DNA of 64,000 nucleotides, from assembly GCA_965658995.1 (NCBI GenBank), contig CBFHVI010000011.1:4230-68229 (forward strand), read 5' to 3'. Positions 38,794 through 48,579 of the stretch are shown piece by piece; the stretch's first letter is position 1; each line of letters opens with the position of its first letter. The notes under the pieces are model-generated. The model did not search any database, was not told where the DNA came from, and was given only the letters and a program-made list of their open reading frames with translations. This DNA is from Flavobacteriales bacterium (lineage in GTDB: Bacteria > Bacteroidota > Bacteroidia > Flavobacteriales_D > CAJJDF01). Both the position numbers and the translations under genes were made by a program.

Positions 38794-39475
38794 TTAGTCC
38801 TATCAGTGTTAGATTTGGTTCTACAAATATGTTACTTTTTAATTCCTTATCAAAGAAAGATGCATCTCCACCGGTTAAAATAACTGTTAAATTTTCATAA
38901 ACTGACTGGTAATTAGCAATCAACCCATCAATTTCGGCTACCGCCCCATTTACCACTCCCGAATTGATTGCCGAGTAAGTTGAATCGCCAATTAATTTGG
39001 GATGTAATGAAGGTTCCAAGAGTGGCAACAAGCCTGTAAACTCATTCAATGCTTTGAAGCGCATAAGTAAACCCGGAGAAATACTACCCCCAAAATACTT
39101 TCCTTGGTTAGAGACAAAATCAAATTTTATACACGTCCCACAATCTACAACTAGTGTATTTTCATCTGGTCGAAGAAAATGGCCTCCTACTGCATTGGCC
39201 AATCTATCGTTTCCCAGGGTAGAAGGAGTCGTGTAAGAGTTAACAATAGGAATAGAGATCTTGTAAGTTAGCTCGGTTATATCGCATGGCACAAGGGAAG
39301 TGAGTTCATTCAGACTTTCGTTTGTTACAGAACTTACCAAACAACCTGTCAATACCTTCCCATCAATAAACTGGGCTAAATCTTGCCAATCTCCTGCCCC
39401 TTTAACTAACAAAGTTTGCCCTTGAAAAAGAGCAAACTTCATTACAGTATTTCCTATATCTAAAATTAGATTCAC
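38762..39475 (-). CDS. coaX: type III pantothenate kinase
   Basis: ILDIGNT N-terminal motif, GTCIKFD and LTGGDA motifs. Confidence 0.85.
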   Translation of the reverse strand: MNLILDIGNTVMKFALFQGQTLLVKGAGDWQDLAQFIDGKVLTGCLVSSVTNESLNELTSLVPCDITELTYKISIPIVNSYTTPSTLGNDRLANAVGGHFLRPDENTLVVDCGTCIKFDFVSNQGKYFGGSISPGLLMRFKALNEFTGLLPLLEPSLHPKLIGDSTYSAINSGVVNGAVAEIDGLIANYQSVYENLTVILTGGDASFFDKELKSNIFVEPNLTLIGLNEILRHNISH

Positions 39476-39477
39476 TT

Positions 39478-40407
39478 CTATTTCAACGCTAAATTTAGAT
39501 TGAAGTCGGTCAACTTTTTGAACTCATCAACTCTTGAGTTAATTTCTTCCAAAGAAAGGTTCTCTATTCTCTCAGACCCAAACTTCTCAACACAAAAAGA
39601 TGCCATAGCAGAACCAACGATTACAGCTCTTTTCATATTTTCAAATGACGTATCGTCTGTGCTTGCCAAATAACCGATAAAACCTCCCGCAAACGTATCT
39701 CCTGCTCCGGTAGGGTCAAACACTTCTTCGAGTGGTAACGCTGGAGCATAGAAAATTTCATCATCTCCAAACAAAAGAGCTCCGTGTTCTCCTTTCTTTA
39801 TAATCAAGAACTTCGGCCCCATCGACAAGATTACTTTTGCCGCCTTACGTAGAGAATATTCTCCGGATAACAATCTAGCTTCCTCATCATTAATGGTCAA
39901 TAGATCCACTCGAGCGATTACTTTTTTAAGATCATCCAAGGCTACTTCCATCCACAAATTCATTGTATCAAGCATAGTAAATTTAGGCTTTTCCCCTAGT
40001 CTATCCAAGACCTGATTTTGGATAGCCGGAACTAAGTTCCCCAGCATTACATACTCAGAATTTTTCTGGGATTCAGGAATAATTGGATCAAAGTTTTCAA
40101 GAACATTAAGTTGTGTATCAAGAGTATCTCTTGTATTCATGTCGTTGTGATACCTTCCAGACCAAAAGAAAGTCTTTTCTCCTTTCTTAATCTGCAAACC
40201 TTCTAAATCAATGTTTCTTGACTCTAGCTTATCGATCATTTCTTGAGGAAAATCATCTCCTACTACAGACACTATTCCTGACTTATTCAAAAAATATGAG
40301 GCTGATAAAGCAATGTAGGTACAAGACCCTCCTACAATTTTATCTCTTTTCCCAAAAGGGGTTTCTAATGCATCAAATGCTACGGTACCAATGGATAATA
40401 AATTCAT
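39478..40407 (-). CDS. PfkB-family carbohydrate/nucleoside kinase
   Basis: Ribokinase-fold C-terminal motif DPTGAGDTFAGGF. Confidence 0.8.
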   Translation of the reverse strand: MNLLSIGTVAFDALETPFGKRDKIVGGSCTYIALSASYFLNKSGIVSVVGDDFPQEMIDKLESRNIDLEGLQIKKGEKTFFWSGRYHNDMNTRDTLDTQLNVLENFDPIIPESQKNSEYVMLGNLVPAIQNQVLDRLGEKPKFTMLDTMNLWMEVALDDLKKVIARVDLLTINDEEARLLSGEYSLRKAAKVILSMGPKFLIIKKGEHGALLFGDDEIFYAPALPLEEVFDPTGAGDTFAGGFIGYLASTDDTSFENMKRAVIVGSAMASFCVEKFGSERIENLSLEEINSRVDEFKKLTDFNLNLALK

Positions 40408-40576
40408 TCAGTTTTGTGTGTTTTTGTTTTTGGTTTTAAATGTTATGATTTTGAGTGATTTACATGTTTAAAAAATTGTTTTCCAACTTTTTTTTACAAA
40501 TATATTGTTTAATTAGAAACTTTCCCTTAATATTGCACTCCGTTTTGAAAAAACCGGAAAAAACCCAGAATAAAAT

Positions 40577-40650
40577 TCCCCCTTAGCTCAGCTGGTTAGA
40601 GCGGTTGACTGTTAATCAATAGGTCCAAGGTTCGAGTCCTTGAGGGGGAG
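40577..40650 (+). tRNA. tRNA-Asn (GTT)
   Basis: Cloverleaf folded by hand: acceptor TCCCCCT/AGGGGGA, anticodon loop CTGTTAA, T-arm CAAGG-TTCGAGT-CCTTG. No encoded CCA. Confidence 0.95.
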
Positions 40651-40660
40651 CAAAAAGACA

Positions 40661-40691
40661 AGCCATTAATAGCAATATTAATGGCTTTTTT
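40661..40691 (+). terminator. rho-independent terminator after tRNA-Asn
   Basis: 11-bp stem AGCCATTAATA/TATTAATGGCT followed by T6. Confidence 0.8.
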
Positions 40692-40807
40692 GCTTTATAA
40701 AATTAGCGATATGATTATCCTTTCTTCAAAACCTGTGAGCAAAAGACATATTCTGGAGAACTCATTCATTTTTGAGAGTATTAATTCACAGTCCAATATT
40801 TAATAGT

Positions 40808-40815
40808 TATTTTTG
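40808..40815 (+). promoter_or_regulatory. -7 promoter box TATTTTTG
   Basis: Exact TAnnTTTG match 22 nt before TTG 40838. Confidence 0.3.
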
Positions 40816-40837
40816 TCTAACATAAAAACTAATAGAC

Positions 40838-41722
40838 TTGCTAAATTTTTTCAACGAAATATTATTTACCTACGGAGAGCCTGAAGAGAAAGTCATTCGG
40901 GTAAAAGCTCTCTTTTTTATTCTCCTAACTATTGCGATTGCTTTCGGTATTACAAAATTACTAAAAGCAATCACTCACAAGTTTATGGAAAAAAACCCCG
41001 ATAGTAAGGGAAGAATCGATTCTTTTGTTCAGATACAAAAGTACATTATGTCTTTCCTTGCGTTTTTGGTTTGTTTAAAATTCCTAAAAGTAGACCTAAC
41101 CAGCATCATCGTTAGTGCCAGTGCTATTTTGGTTGTTATTTCTTTTGGCCTTCAGAGTTTGTTTACCGATTTCATCTCCGGGGTTATCATCCTTTTTGAT
41201 GGAACTATAAAGTCAAATGACATTATAGAAGTAGACAATACAATAGGAAAAGTGGAAAAAATAACACTAAGAAACACAACCCTCATTACGCGAGATGATT
41301 ATACGATTATTATGCCCAACAAGAAGTTTATTACGGAAAACGTAACAAACTGGAGCCACAACAACAATATCATGAGGTTTAAGATTGAGGTAGGGGTTAC
41401 CTATGGAAGTGACACAAAACTTGTAGCAAATTTATTAATGAGTTGTTTAGAAACACACTCCTTGGTTAGTAAAAATAGAAAAGGATTTGTTGGCTTCAAG
41501 GACTTTGGAGATTCGGCACTCATCTTTGAACTGTACTTCTGGACCTCAGAAATTTTTAGAATCGAAATTTTAAAGAGCGACCTGCGTTTTATGATTGACA
41601 AGGTATTTAGAGACAACGGAATAACAATTCCTTTTCCGCAGAGAGACTTACATATTATTCCTACCAGAACTAAGGATGAAAAAACTGCTGACAACGAGTC
41701 ACAAACCACTTTGAAGCAATGA
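40838..41722 (+). CDS. mechanosensitive ion channel (MscS family)
   Basis: Three TM helices followed by the MscS beta-domain pattern (GTIKSNDIIEVDNTIGKVEKITLRNT). TTG start. Confidence 0.8.
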   Translation: MLNFFNEILFTYGEPEEKVIRVKALFFILLTIAIAFGITKLLKAITHKFMEKNPDSKGRIDSFVQIQKYIMSFLAFLVCLKFLKVDLTSIIVSASAILVVISFGLQSLFTDFISGVIILFDGTIKSNDIIEVDNTIGKVEKITLRNTTLITRDDYTIIMPNKKFITENVTNWSHNNNIMRFKIEVGVTYGSDTKLVANLLMSCLETHSLVSKNRKGFVGFKDFGDSALIFELYFWTSEIFRIEILKSDLRFMIDKVFRDNGITIPFPQRDLHIIPTRTKDEKTADNESQTTLKQ

Positions 41723-42366
41723 CAACTGAATTTATCAAAACTAACTCCATTTTACATTCTTTTCTGAGAGAATTGAGAGATATTGAGATTCAGAATGACT
41801 CAATGCGATTTAGAACAAACATCGAGCGAATTGGCGAAATAATGGCCTACGAACTGAGCAAAACTCTGGATTATACGGAAGAAAACATTTCTACTCCACT
41901 TGGACAAAAAAGTGTCTTTAGCCCGGCAAATCAGCCAGTAATTGCTACTATTTTACGAGCAGGATTGCCGTTGCATCAGGGAGTTTTAAACTATTTTGAC
42001 AAAGCCGAAAGTTGTTTCATTTCTGCTTTTCGAAAACATACGAATGAAACAGAATTTGAGGTTGAAATTGAATATTTGTCAAGCCCTTCTCTAGAGGGAA
42101 AAACTCTTATTTTGTGCGATCCCATGCTCGCCACAGGTGCCTCTATGATTTTGGCTTACAAGGCTGCCATTAAAAATGGAGTTCCCAAAAAAGTACATAT
42201 ATTATCTGTAGTTTCATCGCCCGAGGGCTTGGCAGCAACACAAAACTTCTTTCCAGAAAATACCGATTTTTGGATCGGAGAAATAGACTCTCACTTGAAC
42301 GATAAATCCTATATAGTTCCTGGTTTGGGAGATGCCGGTGATCTAACCTACGGACCTAAATTATAA
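41719..42366 (+). CDS. upp: uracil phosphoribosyltransferase
   Basis: PRPP-binding motif LILCDPMLATGAS and C-terminal YIVPGLGDAGD. Confidence 0.9.
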   Translation: MTTEFIKTNSILHSFLRELRDIEIQNDSMRFRTNIERIGEIMAYELSKTLDYTEENISTPLGQKSVFSPANQPVIATILRAGLPLHQGVLNYFDKAESCFISAFRKHTNETEFEVEIEYLSSPSLEGKTLILCDPMLATGASMILAYKAAIKNGVPKKVHILSVVSSPEGLAATQNFFPENTDFWIGEIDSHLNDKSYIVPGLGDAGDLTYGPKL

Positions 42367-42369
42367 AAC

Positions 42370-42798
42370 ATGTTACTTCCCTATATTGGTATTTTCTTTT
42401 GGTCAATGATCAAATTTCTTTTTGCGCCCGCAACTGCACGACTTATAGAAGGGAATCATTTTATTATCACCTATTTAGTTTGTGTTTCTGGAGCAATGAC
42501 CGGAGCAGGAATTTGTTATTACCTTTCGGTTTACCTGATTAACCTCACTCAAGCCAGATGGGCAAAAAAAGGAATAAAGAAAAAAGTATTTACCAAAAAG
42601 AATAAATTAATCATCAGGACAAAAAACAGTCTGGGTATTTTTGGCTTAGCTATTCTCACTGCTTCATTTATATCCATTCCTTTGGGAACTATAATTACAG
42701 CTAAATTTTTCCGGCATAAAAAAGGAGCAATTTTGTATATCTTTGGCGCTATCTTAGTAGTTGGTTTTTTTACAACGCTCATTTCATATTCACTCTGA
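42370..42798 (+). CDS. small membrane protein, unknown function
   Basis: Four hydrophobic segments and a basic central loop. Confidence 0.45.
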   Translation: MLLPYIGIFFWSMIKFLFAPATARLIEGNHFIITYLVCVSGAMTGAGICYYLSVYLINLTQARWAKKGIKKKVFTKKNKLIIRTKNSLGIFGLAILTASFISIPLGTIITAKFFRHKKGAILYIFGAILVVGFFTTLISYSL

Positions 42799-42802
42799 CC
42801 TT

Positions 42803-43450
42803 ATGAAGATTCTCCGCTACCTCCTTTATTCGATTGCCCTTTTGCTGCTTGTGATGTGTAAGAATGAAAAATCTTCCATCCCGTTTGAATTATATCACAA
42901 AATGGACATCGACAGAAAAGAAGAAAACAAACTAAACCCAAGAACGACCGTTTCTATCCCTTTTAGCTACAACAAAATTTTCGATCCTTTTTTGAGTCTT
43001 AAAGAAAATCGAAATTCTCAGAAAGCCGATTTCTTGCAAGGAAACTCTCACAAACTTAAAATCCATGTGCTTGATAGTATAACTACAAAAATGAATGTAA
43101 CACAAAGAAAGGGGCGGAAAGAAAGATTTGTGAAGGCTTTTCCGGTAATAATTGAAAATATAGCTACATTAAAAACAATGTCACTTCCGGTTCACAGAGG
43201 ATGCGCGGTGTTGATCCAACAAATGAAAACGAAGAACAAAACATGGATTGATATCGAAAAACGAACAAAAGAAAAGCTTGGGGATTTTTATTATCAAATC
43301 AAACCCAAGCAATTTGTGTTTACCAAAATTCCAATCTACGAAGGAAACGATAGCGTGGAATTAAGGGTAAAATTAGAATTGGAAGAAACTGAAATTTACA
43401 GCAATAGTTATTTCAGCACGGTGCCCAATTGGATTAAGAAAAAGCAATAA
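42803..43450 (+). CDS. hypothetical lipoprotein
   Basis: ATG 42803 gives MKILRYLLYSIALLLLVMC (lipobox). Confidence 0.45.
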   Translation: MKILRYLLYSIALLLLVMCKNEKSSIPFELYHKMDIDRKEENKLNPRTTVSIPFSYNKIFDPFLSLKENRNSQKADFLQGNSHKLKIHVLDSITTKMNVTQRKGRKERFVKAFPVIIENIATLKTMSLPVHRGCAVLIQQMKTKNKTWIDIEKRTKEKLGDFYYQIKPKQFVFTKIPIYEGNDSVELRVKLELEETEIYSNSYFSTVPNWIKKKQ

Positions 43451-43451
43451 T

Positions 43452-44336
43452 CTACTGCATTTCAAGACTTACCGAAGGTAACTGACGGTCTACTTTCTTA
43501 AATAACCCTTGCAATACTTTACCTGGGCCTACCTCAACTACCTCAGACAATCCATTATCGATCATGTTGTGCATAGTTTGGGTCCACCTCACAGCTCCTG
43601 TCAGTTGATTAATCAAATTTTCTTTTATCACAGCCGGTTCCATCTCTGCTTTTGCAGTAACATTCTGGTAAATAGGGCAAATTGGGGCTTTTATCACAGC
43701 AGCTTCAATACCTGCTTGCAACTCTTCTTTGGCTGGCGACATTAGTGGTGAGTGAAACGCACCACCTACTGGTAATTTTAGTGCTCTTCTCGCTCCTTTT
43801 TCCTTTAATATCTCACACGCTTTATCAATGGCCTCAAACTCTCCCGAAATAACCAACTGACCAGGACAATTGTAATTGGCAGCTACCACAACTCCTTCAA
43901 TATTGGCACAAACTTCCTCCACAATATTGTCGTCTAGTCCGAGCACAGCAGCCATAGTCGAAGGTTGTTTCTCACATGCTTTTTGCATTGCAATTGCTCT
44001 GGTGTATACTAATTTCAAGCCTTCTTCAAAGGACAAAGCCTCTGACGCTACCAATGCCGAAAACTCTCCTAAAGAATGCCCCGCAACCATCTCGGGCCTA
44101 AAAGAATCGCCTGCCACTTTAGCTAGAATTGTTGAGTGTAAGAAAATTGCAGGTTGAGTTACTTTTGTCTGCTGCAATTCTTCAGAGGTTCCTTCAAACA
44201 TAATGTCTGTGATTCGGTATCCCAAAATTTCATTAGCCTTTTCAAATAACTCTTTTCCCAATTCGGAATTATCGTAAAGCTCCTTTCCCATTCCTACAAA
44301 TTGGGCTCCTTGTCCCGGAAATACATATCCTTTCAT
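43452..44336 (-). CDS. fabD: ACP S-malonyltransferase
   Basis: GQGAQ, GHSLGE and GAFHSPLM motifs. Confidence 0.9.
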   Translation of the reverse strand: MKGYVFPGQGAQFVGMGKELYDNSELGKELFEKANEILGYRITDIMFEGTSEELQQTKVTQPAIFLHSTILAKVAGDSFRPEMVAGHSLGEFSALVASEALSFEEGLKLVYTRAIAMQKACEKQPSTMAAVLGLDDNIVEEVCANIEGVVVAANYNCPGQLVISGEFEAIDKACEILKEKGARRALKLPVGGAFHSPLMSPAKEELQAGIEAAVIKAPICPIYQNVTAKAEMEPAVIKENLINQLTGAVRWTQTMHNMIDNGLSEVVEVGPGKVLQGLFKKVDRQLPSVSLEMQ

Positions 44337-44397
44337 AGTGTAATTATATTTTTAAGGTTTTTTTGAACTCAGGAAGAACACCTCCTGATTGTCAGCA

Positions 44398-44405
44398 CAA
44401 AATTA
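44398..44405 (-). promoter_or_regulatory. -7 promoter box TAATTTTG (minus strand) for fabD
   Basis: Exact TAnnTTTG match on the minus strand, about 60 nt upstream of the fabD ATG. Confidence 0.3.
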
Positions 44406-44470
44406 ACTGATTTTTGGCTTTTTGGTAAAACGAAAGTACCAAATGTATTTTAATTAACTTAAAAAAAGAG

Positions 44471-44478
44471 TATCTTTG
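44471..44478 (+). promoter_or_regulatory. -7 promoter box TATCTTTG for ilvE
   Basis: Exact TAnnTTTG match about 105 nt upstream of ATG 44584. Confidence 0.35.
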
Positions 44479-44583
44479 TGCCATTATACGAAAGATCATA
44501 ATAAAGGAGTTTTAGAGGAGAATCGTATTGCAAACAACTACTTAGAAGTACGAACTAAGTAATAAAGAATTTTTGAAACCATT

Positions 44584-45648
44584 ATGGGAACTAATATTTC
44601 AACTATAAAAATTACAAAAACGACTAATACAAGAATCAATGAGGTTGATTTTGAGAACATTCCTTTTGGAAAAGTATTTTCTGACCACATGTTTTCTATG
44701 GACTACTCGAATGGAGAGTGGAGAAATTTTGAGATAATCCCTTTTCAAAATCTGAATTTTAGTCCTGCCATGTCTTCATTGCATTACGGACAATCTATTT
44801 TTGAGGGAATGAAAGCCTACAGAAAAGAGGATAAAATCTACACATTTAGGGCAAAGGACAATTTTGAAAGATTAAATAAGTCTGCCGACAGGATGTGTAT
44901 GCCAAATATCCCAAATGCATTGGTAATGGATGCACTAGAGCAGTTATTAAAACTGGATGAAAATTGGATTCCAGACAATGATTCAAATTCATTATACCTA
45001 AGACCTTTCATGTTCGCTACAGATGAGTACGTAGGAATTCGACCCTCTGAAACCTATAAATTTATCATATTTGGATGCCCAGTAGGAAGTTATTACACAG
45101 AACCACTGAAGGTAAAAATTGAATCTCACTACACTAGAGCAGCAAATGGAGGTGTTGGAGAAGCGAAAGCAGCAGGAAACTATGCGGCCTCTTTGTATCC
45201 AGCAAAATTGGCGAAAGCTGATGGCTACCACCAATTACTTTGGACGGATAGCAAAGAACACAAATACATTGAAGAATCTGGAACGATGAACGTAATGTTC
45301 GTCATTAATGGAAAATTAATTACTCCCGACCTTAGCGGAACTATTCTGCCTGGAATCACTAGAAGAAGTGTATTAGAAATTGTGAGAAGCTGGGGAATTG
45401 AGGTAGAAGAGAGAAAAATTGAAGTTTCTGAAATTATTGAAGCAATGGAAATCGGAACGCTTCAAGAGGCCTTTGGTGCAGGTACTGCGGCAACTATTGC
45501 TCAAATCCAAACCATTGGTTACGAAGGAAAGGACTACACACTACCCGCAATATCAGAAAGAAAAATTTCCAATAAAGTACTGCACTTTCTTACTCGATTA
45601 AAAAGAGGGCAAGAGGAAGATAAATGGGGATGGATTGAAACATTTTAA
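44584..45648 (+). CDS. ilvE: branched-chain amino acid aminotransferase
   Basis: Class IV aminotransferase pattern (HYGQSIFEGMKAY, EESGTMNV, LPGITR). Confidence 0.9.
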   Translation: MGTNISTIKITKTTNTRINEVDFENIPFGKVFSDHMFSMDYSNGEWRNFEIIPFQNLNFSPAMSSLHYGQSIFEGMKAYRKEDKIYTFRAKDNFERLNKSADRMCMPNIPNALVMDALEQLLKLDENWIPDNDSNSLYLRPFMFATDEYVGIRPSETYKFIIFGCPVGSYYTEPLKVKIESHYTRAANGGVGEAKAAGNYAASLYPAKLAKADGYHQLLWTDSKEHKYIEESGTMNVMFVINGKLITPDLSGTILPGITRRSVLEIVRSWGIEVEERKIEVSEIIEAMEIGTLQEAFGAGTAATIAQIQTIGYEGKDYTLPAISERKISNKVLHFLTRLKRGQEEDKWGWIETF

Positions 45649-45667
45649 TCGTTTACATGCAATGGTG

Positions 45668-45699
45668 AAAAGTGCTTATTCTTCATAAGCACTTTTTTT
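45668..45699 (+). terminator. rho-independent terminator after ilvE
   Basis: 9-bp stem AGTGCTTAT/ATAAGCACT followed by T7. Confidence 0.75.
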
Positions 45700-45742
45700 A
45701 TGGAATATTTTTTGATTTGCATCTTATTAATAAATTCAAAGG

Positions 45743-47056
45743 ATGAGAACAATTTTACAAACTGCCATTTTTATTCTTCTTTTTTCCCCACCAAGCTGGA
45801 ACCAGGTCACCAAAGTAATTACTGGAAAGGTAACCAACGAACAAGGTGAGCCAATAGAAGACGTGTATATTTACGCGAGCAACAACCCCAAATCGACCAC
45901 TCGGTCCAATTCTGAGGGAATGTATTCCTTGAAGTTAGAAATGAACACCAAGACTCAATTGATTTTTCGACACGTAGGATACCGAACCGCCAGGATATAC
46001 TTATCCAAACAAGATTTCGACAAGGATCAAATTGTTCAGAATATTTCTCTGCAAGTGAACACTTTGAAAGAAAAAATAATTTATGCCAAAGAGAAACCAG
46101 AAACTGTTTTTGGGAGTGAAACAACCAGTATTGCTGACTATGAATTTATTGAAAATCACCTTGTGTTGCTCGCTTACGACAAGTCGCTAAAAAAGGATGG
46201 ATATCTTCAATTGGCCTCCAAAAACAATGAACTTATCTCGGAAACAAAAACACCGAGCAAACCCAAACGTCTTTTCAAGGATTTTGAAAACAGATTATAC
46301 CTCATCACCGAATACAGCGTGTATACAATATCCATTTTTCAAAACGAATTTAGACTAAGACCCGTAAACAAAGACGATTTTTACAAATTCACAGCGCGGA
46401 TTATTGACACTACTGCGCACCATTTTTTGTACTCCGATTACAATCCAAATTACCCTACTTTCAACTACTATTCTCAAGAACTCCGTGACACCGCAACCAA
46501 AACCATTCATCGAGTTAAGAATGAATTTATGATGGATTTGTACAGAGCTGAATACAAATACGCTCCAAACAAAGAAAAACTTTGGGCATACAGACAAGAA
46601 TTGATTACAGGAATAGACAAAGAAATTTGGATAGGTGCAGCAAATTTTACTCAAAGTATCTATTACGAACCTCTCTATGCACCTTTATTTGTAAACAAGG
46701 ATACCACTCTTATTTTTGACCATTATTCGGATTACTTGTACAAAATAGATCAAAATTTCAATAAAATTGACTCTATTCCAATCTACTATCACAAACAAAA
46801 AGAAAAGAAAAACTGGGAACAACCTTTGATCAAGGACAAGGAAGAACACAAATTGTATGTATTATTTCTAAAAAATGGGTTTTACTACCTAAAACCGGTA
46901 AACTTAAGCAACGGATCAACCTATGTTTCTTTTAAGCTGGCGAACAAGTATGTAGAAAATGTGAAAGTTGAAAATGGGTACGTCTATTACATCTATAGAC
47001 CCTATGAGTCTTCTCAGAAGAAGTATTTGTACCGCGAGGTGATTCGAACGAGTTAA
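45743..47056 (+). CDS. carboxypeptidase-regulatory-like domain protein, unknown function
   Basis: Signal peptide and an N-terminal CarboxypepD_reg-like motif (ITGKVTNEQGEPIEDVYIY...SNSEGMYSL). The remainder is unassigned. Confidence 0.5.
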   Translation: MRTILQTAIFILLFSPPSWNQVTKVITGKVTNEQGEPIEDVYIYASNNPKSTTRSNSEGMYSLKLEMNTKTQLIFRHVGYRTARIYLSKQDFDKDQIVQNISLQVNTLKEKIIYAKEKPETVFGSETTSIADYEFIENHLVLLAYDKSLKKDGYLQLASKNNELISETKTPSKPKRLFKDFENRLYLITEYSVYTISIFQNEFRLRPVNKDDFYKFTARIIDTTAHHFLYSDYNPNYPTFNYYSQELRDTATKTIHRVKNEFMMDLYRAEYKYAPNKEKLWAYRQELITGIDKEIWIGAANFTQSIYYEPLYAPLFVNKDTTLIFDHYSDYLYKIDQNFNKIDSIPIYYHKQKEKKNWEQPLIKDKEEHKLYVLFLKNGFYYLKPVNLSNGSTYVSFKLANKYVENVKVENGYVYYIYRPYESSQKKYLYREVIRTS

Positions 47057-47721
47057 AATTTGATTGCCACTCCTACTCTCACAGTAAATTCGTTGGGAAA
47101 AGTTGTTGAATTAGAGAACACCTTTTTGCGATCGTCTGTACTCAAACTTGGATCTTCGGTCGTGTAAGAGAATCTGGATGCAGAATACAATCCATAGGGA
47201 ATGTGTAAGTCTAGTAGAATGTTTTTACTTAACTGAAAAGTAAATCTTGGAATAAATTGCAACCTAAAAGATTGGACTCCACTCTTATTCGAGAAACTGT
47301 TGCTGGAATAAGCAGGATTTATATCATATTGTAAACTAAACTGTGTTCCAACACCGGCATAAAATTTTAGCTTTTTATCCGGATTCAGCCCTTTTGTAAT
47401 TCTAGCATTGTAGCTGTAATCAACTACACCTCTGTAGTTCTTTCGATAATCGCTCAGTTGAATATTTATATCTTGAACTCCAATTTCATGGAAATTCCCA
47501 AATTCTTTTCCCCACGTTATAGTTGGTGAAAAAGTGCGCAAAAGACTAATAAAGTTGGAAGAATTCTTTAAGAATTTAAAGTCTGAGTGAGTAAACATTT
47601 TTACTGCTCTAAATGTGGGCGAAACATCCTCCTTTTGCTGGGAATATGCACAAGAAAACACCATCAACATTCCAATAATGACAACATATTTTCTTTGTAA
47701 ACTCATTTTCTTTCTCAACAT
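47053..47721 (-). CDS. small outer-membrane beta-barrel protein (paralog A)
   Basis: Signal peptide, alternating beta pattern, C-terminal Phe (VGVAIKF). Confidence 0.45.
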   Translation of the reverse strand: MLRKKMSLQRKYVVIIGMLMVFSCAYSQQKEDVSPTFRAVKMFTHSDFKFLKNSSNFISLLRTFSPTITWGKEFGNFHEIGVQDINIQLSDYRKNYRGVVDYSYNARITKGLNPDKKLKFYAGVGTQFSLQYDINPAYSSNSFSNKSGVQSFRLQFIPRFTFQLSKNILLDLHIPYGLYSASRFSYTTEDPSLSTDDRKKVFSNSTTFPNEFTVRVGVAIKF

Positions 47722-47780
47722 TATATAAAACTAATGCACGACAAGCAGTCAACCAAGGATTTTAACAATTTTAACAACTT

Positions 47781-48407
47781 TTAAAACCTCACAGTAGCTC
47801 CAATTTTTAGCGAAAGTGCTCGGGGGAGAGCCTCAAATTCATTGAACGCAGAAGTTTGTTGATTTACTGGAATTGTAGGATCTTGCTCGTTAGTACGAAT
47901 ATTCTTATAGGAACAAAACTTATAAGGCAAACTTACATCAAGAAGAATATTACTTCTGATTTCGTAGGTCACTCGAGGAATTACAATTCCATGAAATCTC
48001 AAGTACTTTCCTGAAGAGGAAAATCCTTGTGCCGAATTTCGAAAGATTTCAGAGTAATTGCTCTGAAAGCTCCCGCCAACACCTCCGCCTACAAAAAACT
48101 GAAATTTACTCACACCTTCATCACTCATTCTGTAATTGAAAGTATACTCGGCCCCTGCACTGTAGTTTCTTGCCTGACTACGGCTAAAAAAATTAATTGA
48201 TAAGAGTTGAATTTCGTGAAAATTCTCTCCCTTCCCCCATGCAATAGCAGGCGAAAAAACACCTAATTCAATCGTTCGGGTTCCGGCAGTTTGTCCTAAT
48301 TCAAACTCAATATTTTTGTACAGCTTAAACTGAATAAACTTTCCATTTTGTGAAAAAGAGACTCCCATAAAGAGGCAAAATGAGAAGAAGATTATTATTT
48401 TTTTCAT
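47781..48407 (-). CDS. small outer-membrane beta-barrel protein (paralog B)
   Basis: Signal peptide and C-terminal Phe (IGATVRF). Shares WGK..NFHEI and other blocks with paralog A. Confidence 0.45.
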   Translation of the reverse strand: MKKIIIFFSFCLFMGVSFSQNGKFIQFKLYKNIEFELGQTAGTRTIELGVFSPAIAWGKGENFHEIQLLSINFFSRSQARNYSAGAEYTFNYRMSDEGVSKFQFFVGGGVGGSFQSNYSEIFRNSAQGFSSSGKYLRFHGIVIPRVTYEIRSNILLDVSLPYKFCSYKNIRTNEQDPTIPVNQQTSAFNEFEALPRALSLKIGATVRF

Positions 48408-48543
48408 AGCACTAAAGATTTACTTGTTCAGATAACTAAATATCTTCTAAAGATATTGCAGAAAATCGAGAATTACACTCCATTTCCTGATTTTCACTTC
48501 CAAATTTATTTCCAATTTCCAAACCTATTTACATTTATCCCTT

Positions 48544-48551
48544 TATCTTTG
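48544..48551 (+). promoter_or_regulatory. -7 promoter box TATCTTTG for asnS
   Basis: Exact TAnnTTTG match 28 nt before GTG 48580. Confidence 0.35.
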
Positions 48552-48579
48552 TTTTCTAATCCAAAAAAGAACTATTTCT

